From: Yuukianura sp. NJ FZ-2021
Taxonomy: Eukaryota
NCBI GenBank assembly: GCA_046563655.1
Contig: CM102285.1
Coordinates: 9,114,001 to 9,178,000, forward strand
Direction of reading: 5' to 3'
Length of the DNA stretch: 64,000 bases
Shown: in pieces, positions 62,501 through 64,000 of the stretch
Layout of the letters: each line of letters starts with the position of its first letter
Position numbering within the stretch: position 1 is the first letter of the stretch
Translations under genes and position numbers: made by a program
The notes under the pieces: model-generated
The model's database searches: none
Seen by the model: the letters and a program-made list of their open reading frames with translations, nothing else
Told to the model about the DNA's origin: nothing

Positions 62501-64000
62501 TAAAAATCTAACCAAAAGTTAATTAATTGAGCATTGTTCTTTTTTGTTTGCTTTTTAAATGTCTCTGGAGGTCATCCAGAACTCCTGCTTCAATTCCTTT
62601 GTTTAAGTTGAGAATGAAAGCGTTGAGCAAATCCCTGTTCCATTGAGTACTCCACCCCATTGAGATAATTGTTTCCTCTGACGATGTTTCATAATTACGC
62701 AACTGTTGAATCCTATTGTTAGCTCGTGCCAAAGTTATTAAGCGATCAAGTCATTGAGTTCTGTGTAAGTCGTTGGTTCTAGACGCTGGTGAACTGCTCA
62801 AGAAGCGGATGCCTCCACGGTGTCGTGGGCGCGGTGCCTAGCAAAGGGTGAAGAAGATTCAGGTGAAAATCTGCCAACCTGAAAAGTTCACCTGTACTTT
62901 CTCACCTCATGGGACACAGCAGAAGGAAATGAAGGTTACAAAAAAAAATGAAATGATAACCTGCACCCTCCGCCACCATCGTTTCGCCCAAACGCTTCAA
63001 AAATTTTGAATTTTGAGGACACACTTGAGGAATTTCGAAATTCTAATTGTTTTCTTCCACTTCCTCCAGCTAGATTTCAACCAACTATGGCCCGGCACGA
63101 GCCAAAAAACACCTTGTCCATTCATTCCTCGTTTGTGAATTAAACGCCATTTCCAAAAATTATGAAACCAACTTGCCATAGCTTCAGTGTTTCATTTTTC
63201 AGTTGAGAATGCTAGATAATCCTAACTTCTGCTAAATTAGGAAAACTGACCTTTGACCTCTTCCAAAATTACAATTTTTTGGATGAATTCAGAGTGGATT
63301 CGGGTGTTGTTGTTTGCGCCAAACATCCGGTCTTTTGTTATCCATGCGCAGTTCATTTTTTCATAAAGAACATGGAGATGCTCAGATTTTTTAAAACCGT
63401 TTGAATAACAATAATTTTCAAAAGCCTCCTATTCAATTCTGGTTGTACAAAGCGCTTTAAATGCATAGCATTTTAAAATCCCACCACCACCTGTTTCTCC
63501 TATTTGATCACCACACCAAAAGCATATCTTCGCATTCCTTCTACCATCAAGATTTATTTCTAATTGTACATTTTTGTGCATTGTGTTTATTTCAAAACCA
63601 TTTTAGAGCGTTTGCATCATAATGGCACAATGCACAGATTTCCTGACCAAGGTCTTTAGAAGTATGAATCATTCATTGTTATGCAATTTGAATCTCTTGA
63701 GAGAGACCTTAGAGATCTGTGATCAAAGAATGTCATTCCAAAGGCATTCCTCGGAGTGATCTTTCAGTCTGAAGTTAGTAAAGTTGTACCGAATTGTGCC
63801 ATATTGTTATGCTGCTGTCAGAAGGAGGTTGGACGTCTATTTTTCCTTTTGTTTACTCACCCAATGTTTGTCTTCCCATTGCCACATGTACTTTGTCATT
63901 CCTCACTTGGACTAATCAGGCACGGGACTATGGAAGTCCCACACCCAATTTTCATTTTAAATTGAGTCCTCACTTCAGTTGGAAATTCAAACTGAAGCAA

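Noticed and set aside
62523..63179. Short minus-strand ORFs with nearby splice-like sites
   Set aside because: Could not be joined in frame; stops intervene and no family is recognisable.

Overview
Animal (probably arthropod/invertebrate; inferred) nuclear DNA, AT-rich, with short GT-AG introns. The main feature is a young Ty1/copia LTR retroelement at 4658-10564 (+). It has 350-bp LTRs differing at one base, a 5-bp TCCTA target-site duplication, a tRNA-iMet PBS and a PPT. It encodes Gag, protease and integrase, but RT and most of RNase H are deleted in frame. Directly after the RNase H C-terminus, with no stop, it carries a class I viral-fusion-like envelope gene (signal peptide, KR cleavage site, fusion peptide, heptad repeat, Cys-rich ectodomain, TM anchor). 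The element lies antisense inside an intron of an hnRNP C/RALY-like gene (minus strand; four coding exons traced, including an 18-nt microexon). The right half holds a 4-TM membrane-protein gene, CEP104 (apparently lacking its zinc-finger tail) convergent with NSUN2, a small single-pass Cys-rich membrane-protein gene, a locus of tandem unknown ORFs, and a dense cluster of an AAGGG(C/T)C motif. All gene models were spliced and translated by eye; no database searches were run.
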